Source: Gracilinanus agilis (lineage: Eukaryota). Taken from it: 64,000 bases of DNA. Numbering within the stretch: the stretch's first letter is position 1; each line of letters opens with the position of its first letter. A program made the position numbers and the translations under genes. The stretch lies in contig NC_058131.1 of NCBI RefSeq assembly GCF_016433145.1, positions 574,676,082 to 574,740,081 on the forward strand, read 5' to 3'. A model generated the notes under the pieces. The model made no database searches. It saw only the letters and a list, made by a program, of their open reading frames with translations, and was not told where the DNA came from. Shown here one piece after another: positions 49,066 through 60,150 of the stretch.

Positions 49066-49412
49066 TTTATTATTTATTTTTATTTTATTGATTAATTATG
49101 AAAAAATTTTCCATGGTTCCATGATTCATGTTCTTTCTCTCCCCTCCTTCCATCCCTCTCCCAGAGCCAACAAGCAGTTCCACTGGGTTTTACATGTGTT
49201 ATTGATCAAGACCTATTTCCATATTATTGATATTTGTACTAGGGTAATCGTTTAGAGTCTACATCTCCAATCATATCCCCATGGAACCATGTGATCAAGC
49301 AGTTGTTTTTCTTCTGTGTTTCTGCTCCCACAGTTCTTTCTCTGGGTGCAGATAGTGCTCTTTCTCATAAGTCCTTCGGGATTGTCCTGGGTCATTGCAA
49401 TGCTGCTAGTGG
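49066..49412 (-). mobile_element. 5'-truncated L1 (3'UTR only) with TSD
   Basis: TSD agcagtatcttttt (49052-49065) / agcaggatcttttt (49413-49426); homologous to the 3'UTR of the L1 at 52772-53470. Confidence 0.85.
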
Positions 49413-49649
49413 AGCAGGATCTTTTTGAAGGAGAGAAGTAAGCTGGATAGATCAGTGTCCACCTAGGGTAGGATAAGTTTGGTAGATACTGTAGTGGTTT
49501 GTCATTTCCTTCTCCAACTCATTTGACAGATAAGGAAACTGAGGCATACAGGATTAAGTGATTTGTCCAGGATCATACAGATAGTTTGAGCTCTGGAGTT
49601 CTGACTTGTAGCTGGCCTCAGAGTCTCAATCACTCAGTCTTTATTTACT

Positions 49650-49815
49650 TTTTTAAACCTTTACTTTCTATCTTAGTATCAATTCTAGGCTAGGAATGGG
49701 GATTAAGTGACTTGCCCAGGGTCACACAGCTAAGAAGAATCTGAGGTTCCATTTGATTCCAGGTCCTCCAGACTCCAAGTCTGGTGCTCTATCCACTGTG
49801 GTATCTAGCTGCTCC
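49650..49815 (-). mobile_element. Marsupial SINE
   Basis: ggggattaagtgacttgcccagggtcacacagct...tctatccactgtggtatctagctgc. Confidence 0.78.
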
Positions 49816-50893
49816 TCAAACTTTTTAAAGTATCTGTTATGTGCTAGTCACTGTGCTGAGCACTAGGGATGTTGGAGGATAGTTCCTGCCCTCCAGGAGG
49901 TCACCATCTAATAGGACAAATGGGGTACCAGCATGAGGAGCCCCTGAGAGCAGGGAGGATGGGATGGGCAAGCTGCCTAAAGAGGGCTTGGGGAAGGAGG
50001 CAGAGCTTTCATGATGACTCCTGAGTAGCTCTTTACTTCCGTTCTGGCTAAGAGAGAGAGACCAAGTCTCAAAAGAGACCCAGCCAGAGAGAGAGAGAAA
50101 TAGGGAGAATGTGTGGGGCTTGGGAGTCCAGAAAGTCTTAGGTTCAAATCCTACCCCAGATACTTTCTGTATGACCTTCAGTTTCCTCTTCTTTCAAGTA
50201 GGAGTAATAATAGCCAGCTCAGGAGATTATTGGGAGACTCAAATAAAATCATGTATGTAAAGTGTTATTATGTAAATCGCAGCTTTTTATTATTAACCTT
50301 ATTTTGATGGTAGTGGCAATTATGACCGGCTTTGCCCCAGCCTAGGCATAAGTCAGCCAGGCCCCATCCATCATATAAGATTTAATAATCTCAGTTTGCA
50401 GGAAATTACAAACTTGGGCCTTTGTAATCCTTGCTGCCATGAAGTCTGGACCTTTTCCCCTGTCCCCTTATTTTATAACCCTAAACCTTTTCATCTCCCC
50501 TTTCCTCCCTAAGCTTTGCCCCTGTCCACCCAGAACTTGGTCTTAGAGATTAAAGAGAAATAAAAATGGGCATGAGCAATGGACTTGGTAGCAAGAGACA
50601 CGTGTGAGGGACATGTAGTCAAGGGACAATTCCAAAACTGAGGACTGCCTGGCCTTTGTGGTGTTTCTCTCCTTCCAAAGCCCCAGAGTTTGTAGATGGG
50701 GCTGATGTCCCTGAGGAAAGTGTAGCTCCACTGTTCTGCAGTGGATGGAACGGCCTGGGGCTGGCTTGCGGCAAGGAGTTCTGATGGCAGCTCCTTGGAG
50801 CCAGGAGGACAGTACTCACTGCCCCCGTTTCCTCCTGGCATGGTGGGAACATTAAAAAAAAGTTTTAAAATCTTGAAAACTTAAACACCAAAA

Positions 50894-50936
<43 letters not shown>

Positions 50937-51249
50937 CATACATAAAGCATTTAGCAGAACACAAAAAGAGGATCTTTTATGAAACTGTGAATCTCTATTT
51001 CCCACAGCTTTAAAAGTATATGATTAATTTTATGCATTACTTTTAAAGTTGTGCCATTGGTCTTGCTTGTTTCATTCTGAACTTCCTTCTGTTCTCTTCT
51101 GTGCACTTAAAAAAAGTTTCAACATCCTTTTTTCAGCATCACTTTTGCTAACTTTCTTTCCTCTCATCATTCTCCTCCCTCACCTAAAAACTCAGTTAAA
51201 ATCAACAGGTCCAAGGAACAAGAGTTAAGAGGGATTGAGGGGTTGGGGA

Positions 51250-51462
51250 TATAGCTAGGTGGCTCAGTGGATTGAGAGCCAGGCCTAGAGATGGGAGGGG
51301 CTGAGTTCAAATCTAGCCTCAGATACTTCTTAGCTGTGTGACCCTGGGCAAGTCATTTAACTCCCATTGCCCAGCCCTTACTGCTTTGCCTGGGAACCAA
51401 AATATAGTATTGTTTCTAAGATGAAAGGTAAGGGTTGAGAGAGAGAGAGAACAGGGAGAGAA

Positions 51463-51499
<37 letters not shown>
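51250..51499 (+). mobile_element. Marsupial SINE with a (GA)n tail (51437-51499)
   Basis: agctaggtggctcagtggattgagagccaggcc...; the tail is replaced by GA repeats. Confidence 0.85.
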
Positions 51500-51502
<3 letters not shown>

Positions 51503-51607
51503 GGGGGAAAGGGGGGGAAGATCATGAATCATGTAACCATGGAAAAATATTCTAAATTAATTAGTTGACTAATTAATTAATTTTAAAAAGGGGGGATTAG
51601 GAAGGGC

Positions 51608-51712
51608 TTTTTTTTTTAAACCCTTACCTTCCAGATGTGAGGCCAGATTTGAACCCAGGACCTCCCATATCTAGGCCTGGCTCTCAATCCACTGAGCTAC
51701 CCAGCTGCCCCC
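51608..51712 (-). mobile_element. Internally deleted SINE with a perfect TSD
   Basis: TSD taggaagggc at 51598-51607 and 51713-51722; head and tail are present but ~100 nt of the core is missing. Confidence 0.85.
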
Positions 51713-51721
51713 TAGGAAGGG

Positions 51722-54700
51722 CTTCTTGAAGAAGACAAGATTTTATCGAGGACACTAAGGAAGGCAGAAGGCAGAGATGAGGAGAACATTGCACGCATGA
51801 GGGACACCCTGTGAAAATTCCCAGAGTTGGGGGACAGAATGTCTTGTTCGAGGAACATCACGGAGGCCGGTGTCACTGGGCTGCAGAGTACTTGTGGGGG
51901 AGTAAAATATGAGAAAACTGGAAATGGAGGGTCAGGGTAGACTTTTAAGAGCTTTGAATACAAAACAGGATTTTATATTTTATCCTAGAGCTATTAGAGA
52001 GCCTAGAGTTTATTAAATAGGGAGACGACATGCCCCCATACTTTAGGAAAATCACTTTAATGGCTAAGTATAGGATGGACTGGAGTGAAGAAGAAATATG
52101 TGGCAGACAGACCCACCAACAGGCTATTGCAGCCATCCAAGTGTGAGGTTAGGAGGGCCTGGACCAGGTTGGTGGCAGAGTCAGAGGAGAGAAAGAGAAT
52201 ATTTGAGAGATGCTACAAAGGTAGAAATGACAGGACTTGATAACTAATTAGATATAGAGGGTAAGAGACAGTGGAGAGGTACAGATGACATTAATATTGT
52301 GACCTTGGGGGACTTGGAAAATGGTGGCATCGTTGGCAGTAACAGGGAAGTCCAGAAATAAGGAGACTTTAGGTGGGGAGGGGAGATTATTGAGTTCACT
52401 TTTGGATGTGTTGAATTTAAGATGTCTAGAAGGCTTTTGGAGATATAAGACTGGAGGTCAAGCAGAGGGGTTTGGGCTAAATAAGTAGATTTGAGAATCC
52501 TTAGCATAGGGATGATAAGTGAATCTATGGAAACTGATGAGATTATGAGAAGAGGGTCCAAGACTGAGCCCTATGGCACCCTTGTGATTATCAGGCAAGA
52601 CATGGATGAAGAAACTGAGAAGAAGCAATCAAAGAGGTTGCAGTAGGACCAAGAAAGAATACTTCCTTGAAAACTGAGAAAAAAAAGAGAGTAACAAGAA
52701 GAAAAGAGTGATCAACGGTATCAGAAGCTGTAGAGAGGTCAAGAAAGATGAGGATCAAGAAAAGGCCATTACTATAAAAGAATGGCTGCCCTTTGATCCA
52801 GCCATACCATTGTTGGGTCTGTATCCCAAAGAGATCATAGATAAACAGACTTGTACGAAAATATTTATAGCCGTGCTTTTTGTGGTGGCAAAAAACTGGA
52901 AAATGAGGGTATGCCCGTCAATTGGAGAATGGCTAAGCAAATTGTGGTATATACTGGTGATGGAATACTATTGCACTCAAAGGAATAATAAACTGGAGGA
53001 ATTCCATGTGAACTGGAAAGACCTCCAGGAACTGATGCAGAGTGAAAGGAGCAGAGCCAGAAAAACATTGTACACAGAGACTGATACACCGTGGTAAAAT
53101 AGAATGTAATAGACTTCTGTACAAGCAGCAACACAATGACCCAGGACAATTCTGAGGGACTTATGGAAAAGAACGCTACCCACATTCAGAGGAAGGACTG
53201 CAGGAGAGGAACAGAAGAAAAACAACTGCTTGAACACATGGGTTGAGGCGGACATGATTGGGGATGTAGATTCAAAACTACCACACAAATGCAACTATCA
53301 ACAATTTGGAAATAAGACTTGATCGATGACACATGTTAAAACAAGTGGAAATGTGCATCAGCAATGGGAGGAGGGGAATTTGGAGGGGGCGAAGGGGAAA
53401 GTAAGAACATGAATGATGTAACCATGTTAACTTTTTTAAAATGTAAATATTAATAAATGTTTTTTAAAAAAAGAAAAGGCCATTAGATTGGGCGCTTAAA
53501 TCATTATTAGTAACTTGGGAGAGAGTAGTTTGGGTTGAATAATAAGGCTGGGAGCCAGACTGTAGATAATTAAGAAAAAGAGTCAGAGGAAAGTGGAGGC
53601 ACCTATTGTAAATGGCCTTCTCAAGGACTTTAGCCACAGTTGTCAGGAGAGATATGGGGTGAGGATAAGCAGGAATGGATGGATTAAGTGGATTTTTTGA
53701 GGATTGGGGAAACATGGATATTTTTTATAGGCAGTAGGGAAAGGGGCCAATAAATAGACAGGAAGAGACTGAAGATAAGTAAGAGGATGGGGACAGAGAG
53801 ATGATGGGATGGAGTTGGATCACTTGTTCATGTAGAGGAGTCGATCTCATAACAAGGGCCACTTCATTCTATGAGACAAGTGAAGAAGGAGATAGAGGCA
53901 AAAAGCACATGAGTAATATGAGATAAGGAGGGGAAGAAGAGGGAGCTCTTGGCAAATAGCCTCAACTTTTAAAATAAAATATGAAGAAAGGTTCTCCACT
54001 GAGAAAGGTGGTAAGAGAGACACTGGAGGTTTGAAAAGGTTTGGAAGAGTCACTGGTGGGTGAGTGGGATAATGAGTCAATTAGGGAGATAGCCTTGTAG
54101 GAAGGAAGGCTCAGTTGAGGCTATTAATACATAAACCTCTAGTGTACCCAATTAGGACAATGGCATGATTTTATTCACATGCATAGGATAAAAGGCATCA
54201 GATGTTGGGAGGGCTTCAAGACCGAGGCTTGGCAGAGCAAGATTAGTGATAGGATAAGGGCACCAGGGATTAAAGAGGACCGTGGAGAGTTCATGTGGTT
54301 CGCTAACACATCAAGATGGGGAAACAATAGTATAGCCAGTACAGGGGTGATTATTTGGGAAAGAGGTAGAGTAGAGGGACTAGAGATCCTAGTGTAGACA
54401 AAGATCAGGGTTTGGAAATGGAAGGCAGAAGGAGAGATGGAATGCCAGTAGCTTGTGATCAGATAAAGGGATTTTAGAGTTCATAAATATGTAAGTGCCA
54501 CAATGGCTGGTGGGTAATGATAAGACTGAAAGTATGGCCATCTTTATGTGTGGCTGAGGTGAAGTAGAGAAGTCAGTTATGGAAAGTGAGTAAGCTGAGG
54601 AACTGGGAGGTTAGGGTGTTTGAGGGAATAGCATCAGGTATGTTGAGTTTCCCTAGTATGAGGGCAAGAGATGGGAAGGAAAAATCACAAGCCATTAAGG

Positions 54701-55380
54701 AAGGAGGGATTTGTGTCCTGCAGCTCTATAGGCTACAGCTACCAGGATTTTGAGTGGGTAGTAGATATAGATTGAGTGAACCCCAAAGGAGGTGAGGGGA
54801 CTGAGGATGGTGGTAGAGAGAACTGAGAAGTGGCAGTGGGAAACAAGGAATATTCCAACTCCCCCCATCCCAGCTCCTAGTCAGGGAGAATGAAAATGTC
54901 ATCAGAATTGGAAAGGGTGGCCAAGGAGCCTGTGTCATCATGAGGGAGCTATGTCTTAGTAAGAGCAAAAAGATGGATAAAGTAAGAAAAGTAAAAAAAT
55001 AAGATTCAATAACCTTTGAAGACATTATAGTTTTTGAAAAGTTACTTATTTCTTCTCCTTCTATTAGAAAATCTGTGTCCAGGAAACTGTTTGCAGAAAC
55101 TAATAATATATTCCCTGCCAAGAGGGCTGCCAAATAGGAGATTGATCACTCGGCCCCTACAAACTGATTTAGAAGCTAGTTGAAAGCAAATTTGTTGCCT
55201 ATAGTCTAGGTATTCCAGAGGGTACAGTGGAAGGGGTGGGACATTGGTGGGGTAGGTAGAGGGGAGTGGAAATAAGGAATCAGGCAGTGATGTGTAGGAA
55301 ACAGGGTTTGACTGAAGACCTGAGGTTTCAGAAATGACTGGGTTGCAGAGAGGATGACTGGGGGGTTTGTTTATCATTAA
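51722..55380 (-). mobile_element. Long LINE2 fossil spanning most of ORF2, interrupted by an L1
   Basis: The minus strand reads PFHCTLWNT*TIGNK, then (with frameshifts) HLFALTKT*LPHDD, GGVGIFL and FGVHSIYIYYPLKILVAVAYR, which are L2 endonuclease-like; L2-like sequence continues to ~51722. Confidence 0.7.
52772..53470 (+). mobile_element. 5'-truncated L1 (ORF2 C-terminus plus 3'UTR) with a 15-bp TSD
   Basis: TSD aagaaaaggccatta at 52757-52771 and 53471-53485; reads KEWLPFDPAIPLLGLYPKE...CPSIGEWLSKLWY..MEYY, the L1 ORF2 tail. Confidence 0.93.
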
Positions 55381-55685
55381 GGGAAATTTTTAGAATGATT
55401 TTCAATGCCAGTAGAATTATGAACTCAAGTTGGAGATATTTCAGAGCCTTGGGCAGTTCAGGCAAGAAAGCAAGAACTTGGAGTGAAAGAAATGGTTTGT
55501 CTAATCTTCTCCTTCAGGGCAGGAAACATGGATAGAAATTCATCCTCTCCCTTCACTTAATGGTGGGGGTCTGGAATGATGGATGGAATTGTTCTCTTAT
55601 TTTGGGGAAGAAGAAAAAAGAATAGTAAGAGTGACAAAAAAATTAAAAAAGATTATTGAAACACTTTTTTTTTTATAGTGTTACT

Positions 55686-55930
55686 AGGCAGTTAGGTGGC
55701 TCAGTAGAAAGAGTGCCCCACTGGAAGTCAGGAAGAATTGAATTCATATCCAGCCTCAGATACTTACTAGCTATGTGACCCTGGGCAAGTCACTTAATCC
55801 TGTTTGCCTCAGTTTCCTCATCAATAATATGAGCTAGAGAAGGAAATAGCAAACCATTCTGGTATCTTTGCCAAAAAAACCCAAATGGGGCCACGAAGAC
55901 TCAGACACATGTGAAAGGACTGACCAACAC
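55686..55930 (+). mobile_element. MAR1-like SINE
   Basis: ggcagttaggtggctcagtag...gcctcagtttcctcatc...gagaaggaaatagcaaaccattctgg. Confidence 0.82.
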
Positions 55931-55955
55931 CACTTTAAAAATTGCCCAGAAGACA

Positions 55956-56663
55956 CTAATACACTGCTGGTGGAGTTGTGAATTGATCCAACCATTCTGG
56001 AAGGCAATTTGATCCAGCAATACCACTACTAATTTTGTACCCCAAAGAGATTAAAAATAGTTATTCAAAAATATTCATAGCTGTACTTTGTGGTGGCAAA
56101 AAAATTGGAAAATGAGGGGATGTCCCTCAACTGGGGAATGGCTGAACAAATTGTGGTATATGCTGGTGATGGAATACCATTGTGCTATAAGAATGATGAA
56201 CTGCTTGATTTCCATACAAGCTGGAAAGGTCTCCACAAACTGATGTGGAATGAAATGAGCAGAACCGAGGACATTGTACAAAGAGACTGAAATATTGTGG
56301 GACAATTATATGTGATCCACTTTGCTACTGATAGCAATTCAATAATCCAGGACAATCCGGAGGAATTTATGAGAAGGAATGCTATCTGCATTGAGAGAAA
56401 GAACTGTGGGAATAGAAATGCAGAAGGAAAACATCTGATTTTTCACTTGTTTATATGGGCATTCAATGTGGGGTTTAGGTTTTTAAAAGACCATTACAAA
56501 AATGATTGATATGGAAATAGGTATTGAGTGATAATACATGTATAACCCAGTAGAATTGCTTGTCTGCTCTGGGAGCAGGGAGGGGAAAAGAGGAGGGAAA
56601 GTACATGAATCATGTAATCACAGAAAAATACTTATAAAAAATAAAAATAAGACAAAATAAAAA
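55956..56663 (+). mobile_element. 5'-truncated older L1 (ORF2 end plus 3'UTR) with TSD
   Basis: TSD tgcccagaagaca at 55943-55955 and 56664-56676; tactgctggtggagttgtgaattgatccaaccattctggaaggcaattt is L1 ORF2-like. Confidence 0.88.
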
Positions 56664-58438
56664 TGCCCAGAAGACAATGAAAGACAGTTCAGAAGGAAGC
56701 AGAGACTAACAGGACAGTTTTGAAAGTAACACATATAATTTATTTTATGCTTCTTAAAAAACAAGTATGAAATGAAGATAGGATTTCATAGAGAATCCTT
56801 TTTGTTTGTATATAGAAATGGTCTTTTCTCTTTTTTTTTTCCCTGTGGCAGTTCAGAATTTAAAAAATAAAATGAAATTTTGGGGAATTGAACTTCCCAG
56901 ATTCCTCGCCTGTAAAACAAGGGGCTTGGGCTCAATGCCTACACAGCCCTCTGATATCTGTGCTGGGTTCCCTTCTCTGTAATATAAGGGGCTTAGGTTA
57001 GAATTAACGCTGAGTGCTCCGTCCAGCCTTGTACCCACTTCATGCAGGAGAATGTTCCAGGCTGACTCTGTGTTCTCCTTTGTGTCAGAGATGGTGAGAA
57101 GACAGAGAGGGTGGCCAGACATCCCAGGCTGAACCCACAGCTGCCCATTCAGTGCAGCTACTTGGCAACCTCTGCCAGCCCCAAGCATTGCTAAGAACAG
57201 GGGTGGAGTCCCTGGAAAATGGGGTAGTGGAGAGCAAAGGTCACATCTATTGAGCTAGAGTTTGGGAGGGGCTGAGCTCAAGGATAGCAAAGAAAACAAG
57301 AAAAAAGGTTTAGACTGGAAGATCACTCTGCTTCCCTCTCCACCCATCTCCTATGCTCTGAGTAACTGAGCTCCTCTTTGCCTTGGGCAGCCAGGGTTTA
57401 TGGGCAGCTGTTTCTCTAGGGCTGACCCAGCAGGTCTGGGTTGGCTGTCTCAGGATGAAGGCACCCCTTCCTCTTCCTCCTCTCCATTCCCTCTGCATAC
57501 AAAACCCCTTTTCACTGCAAGGTTTAAAAAAAAAAAGTTTTCTTAAGTGCCACCCTTGTGTGGCTAAGGCTGCTGAGGAGGGTGGATGAACCCCTTTAAG
57601 AAAATAAACACAACCCTGGGCTCAGCCCCAGGACTGCTGGACACAAAGGCTGTATTCTTCATGGGTTCAATGCTCCAGCTAGATCATCTGCACCCTGGCT
57701 AGGCAGTGGAGGCTGGGAGGGGGCCGCACCTGCTGGAGTTTGGGGGTGAGAGGACTCCATGGAACCCTGGGACCATTCCCATATGGGATTTCTAGGTTCC
57801 AGGAAAAATCCCTAGATGAAGTACCATAAGGTACCCTCCAAAAGCCAGTCAGTACCCCAGTTCTCCACTGGGTAGATTGAGGGCTCCTCAGTTCTCAATT
57901 GGCTGTATATAAAAGTGACCCTGGATAAGAGGCTGCAGGCTCTGAGTGGAAAGAGTTTTGGCCCCAGAAAGCCTCTTGGACTGGGTGCAAAGCATTACTC
58001 ATTCATGATGGGATCTATATTGGGCTTAGCCTGGAGTAGGAGAGGGAGGCTATAACTGTATCTCCTACTTCTAATAGGTAATAATCTCATTAATTAGAAT
58101 AATACTATACATTTGTAGAACATTTAAATACTATTCTCCAGTGATTTCACATTCCTTTTCACATCTGATTCTCTCACCAACTCTGTAATATAGGCCAGAG
58201 AGGTTTTCTTATCTTTGTTTTACATTTTATCTTCTTTACAGTTGAAAACTGAGGCTTGAGAAATAAAATGACTTATTCAAAGTCATCAGCTACCAAGTGG
58301 CAAAATCAAGAACTGCCACTTTGAATACCCAGGGATCCAGGGTTCTTTCCCCTATTTTCAGATCTACCTCCTTTTTTCCTCAAAGGTTATTTGTTTATTT
58401 TATTTTTCAATAAACAAACATTTATTTTCATTCCCTCC

Positions 58439-59460
58439 TGGGTGAGACAGAATTGATGCTATTCTCAGGATGCACATCGGCTTGCAAAGGCTAGTTTGTT
58501 CCATTTTATTGACTGAGGACTCCAGGACAAGCTCAGGAGGGAGACTGAGGAAGGACAGAAAGGACCGTTAACAGCTCAGTTGCTCCCCTTACCTCACCTG
58601 AATTGGGTTGGAAGCACAGGAGTTTTGATTTATAGGTCAAGGCCCAGAGTATGTGTGAGTGTGGCTTGTGTATATATTGACTGCTTGCTGCCTGGTCAGT
58701 TGGCATTTCTTAGCCCATCACTGAAGTCTTCTCTTTCATGAAGGGGGATAAACAGCTGCCTCTTTTTACTCCTATCTTCTGTTCCATGTTTTGTCTTTGA
58801 GCGAATCATCATTTTTATCTCCCACTGATGGGGGCTCGTCCGGGATTCCTGGAACAGTAGCGAGACCCTTGACACCCTCCCCTGATTGGTAGGATGTCCC
58901 ATTGGTCATTCTGGTGCCCTCCCCAAGGAGGGATAATTGGGTGAGCCTCTGTCAGCTTCCAAGCCCGAAGGGATAAGAAGGTGAGAGTAAAAAAAGCAGA
59001 GAAGGTCCAGATGGGGAGGGGAGAGAACTGTGACAAGAATTTGGGTTTGTGTGCCCACAACCCAAACCTGTTGAGATTTTGTGGGGTTGGAACACCCCGG
59101 CTTGTCCGCAAGATGGCCTTAGCTGGTGAGCCTGAAGTTTGGGTGCCACCTGGGGTCTGATTCACCAGATTCGCTGAAAGAGCTGAAAGATCTGGTGAGT
59201 CTGAGAGGTGAATCAGGGAGGTTGGCTTTCAGATCGAAGAACTGATCAGCTTAATGCTTGCGGGTGGGTATTTGACAGGGTTCTAGACACTGAGGTTTCC
59301 ATACAGGTAAAGATCTGGGAATGGGCCAGGGAAATCCAAAGAGTCCCAAAAGGGTCCATCTCCTTCTCTGCAGATCTGGGAGGTTGGGCTGGAGCAGACT
59401 CAGAACCTGAGGCAAACTCTTTCAGTGCCGCAGGGTCTATTTTATGTGATTTTATGTTTT
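58439..59460 (-). mobile_element. Possible solo LTR of an endogenous retrovirus
   Basis: Minus-strand TATAAA (58634-58629) and AATAAA (58510-58505) lie ~120 nt apart and are followed by ...CA at 58439. No TSD was found. Confidence 0.35.
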
Positions 59461-59959
59461 AAGTTTGTCCCTCTCCCTTTGCATTTCTCTCTCTCTCTCT
59501 CTTTTTTTTTTAAATTTTACCTTCTATCTTAGAACCAATACTTCCCTGTCCAAGATCCTGAATCCAGTGACCAGAGGGTGGCCTCTATGCCTCCAGGCTG
59601 TGGCTGCCACTGCCACCTTGGTGGAGGAGAGCAGAAAGTGGGCTTGAAATTAGTAGGAGAAAGAAGGGGGACTCTCTGGCTAGAGGCCTGGGTCCTGATA
59701 AAGACAATGGATTGACCCCTATTTGAGAGATGCCCTTCCAGATTCTCTCCTAGCAGCAGACACAGCTATGAGGACAGCTGAAAAAGGATGGACTGCACCC
59801 AAGCGAAGGGGCTGGACAGCTGAGGCTTTGGAGGGACACCCCTGAAGGTGACATTCAGAAGGACACTGTGGACTGGTGATGAGGTTGGATTGATGGCATT
59901 TGGACTGGGAATCTGTGGGCTTTTATTTGTTTTATTCCTTACATTGTCTTGATTTGTTT

Positions 59960-60150
59960 ATTTATTTAAAACTTGGAATCAGTGCTTCTGTGGATCAGTT
60001 CCAGGACAGAGGAACAGTAAGGGCTAGGCAATGGAGGGGCTAAATGACTTCCCCAGGGTCACCTCACTAGGAAGTGTCTGGTCACATTTGAACCCAGGAC
60101 TTCGTTTCTCTAATCCTGACTCTCAATCCACTGGGCCACCCAGCTTCCCC
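59960..60150 (-). mobile_element. Marsupial SINE
   Basis: gtaagggctaggcaatgg...aatgacttccccagggtcac...tttgaacccaggac...ctctcaatccactg. Confidence 0.78.

Noticed and set aside
50600-50935. Possible processed retrocopy ending in ATTAAA and a 40-nt poly(A)
   Set aside because: No TSD and no recognisable parent ORF. The A run is better explained as the expanded internal T tract of the reverse-oriented dispersed repeat.
52708-53097. 129-aa ORF
   Set aside because: It is the C-terminus of L1 ORF2 in a truncated insertion, fused to antisense L2 sequence, not a host gene.
57897-57914. CAATTGG plus TATATAAAA promoter-like pair
   Set aside because: No CpG island, downstream exon or ORF supports a gene; such motifs occur by chance.
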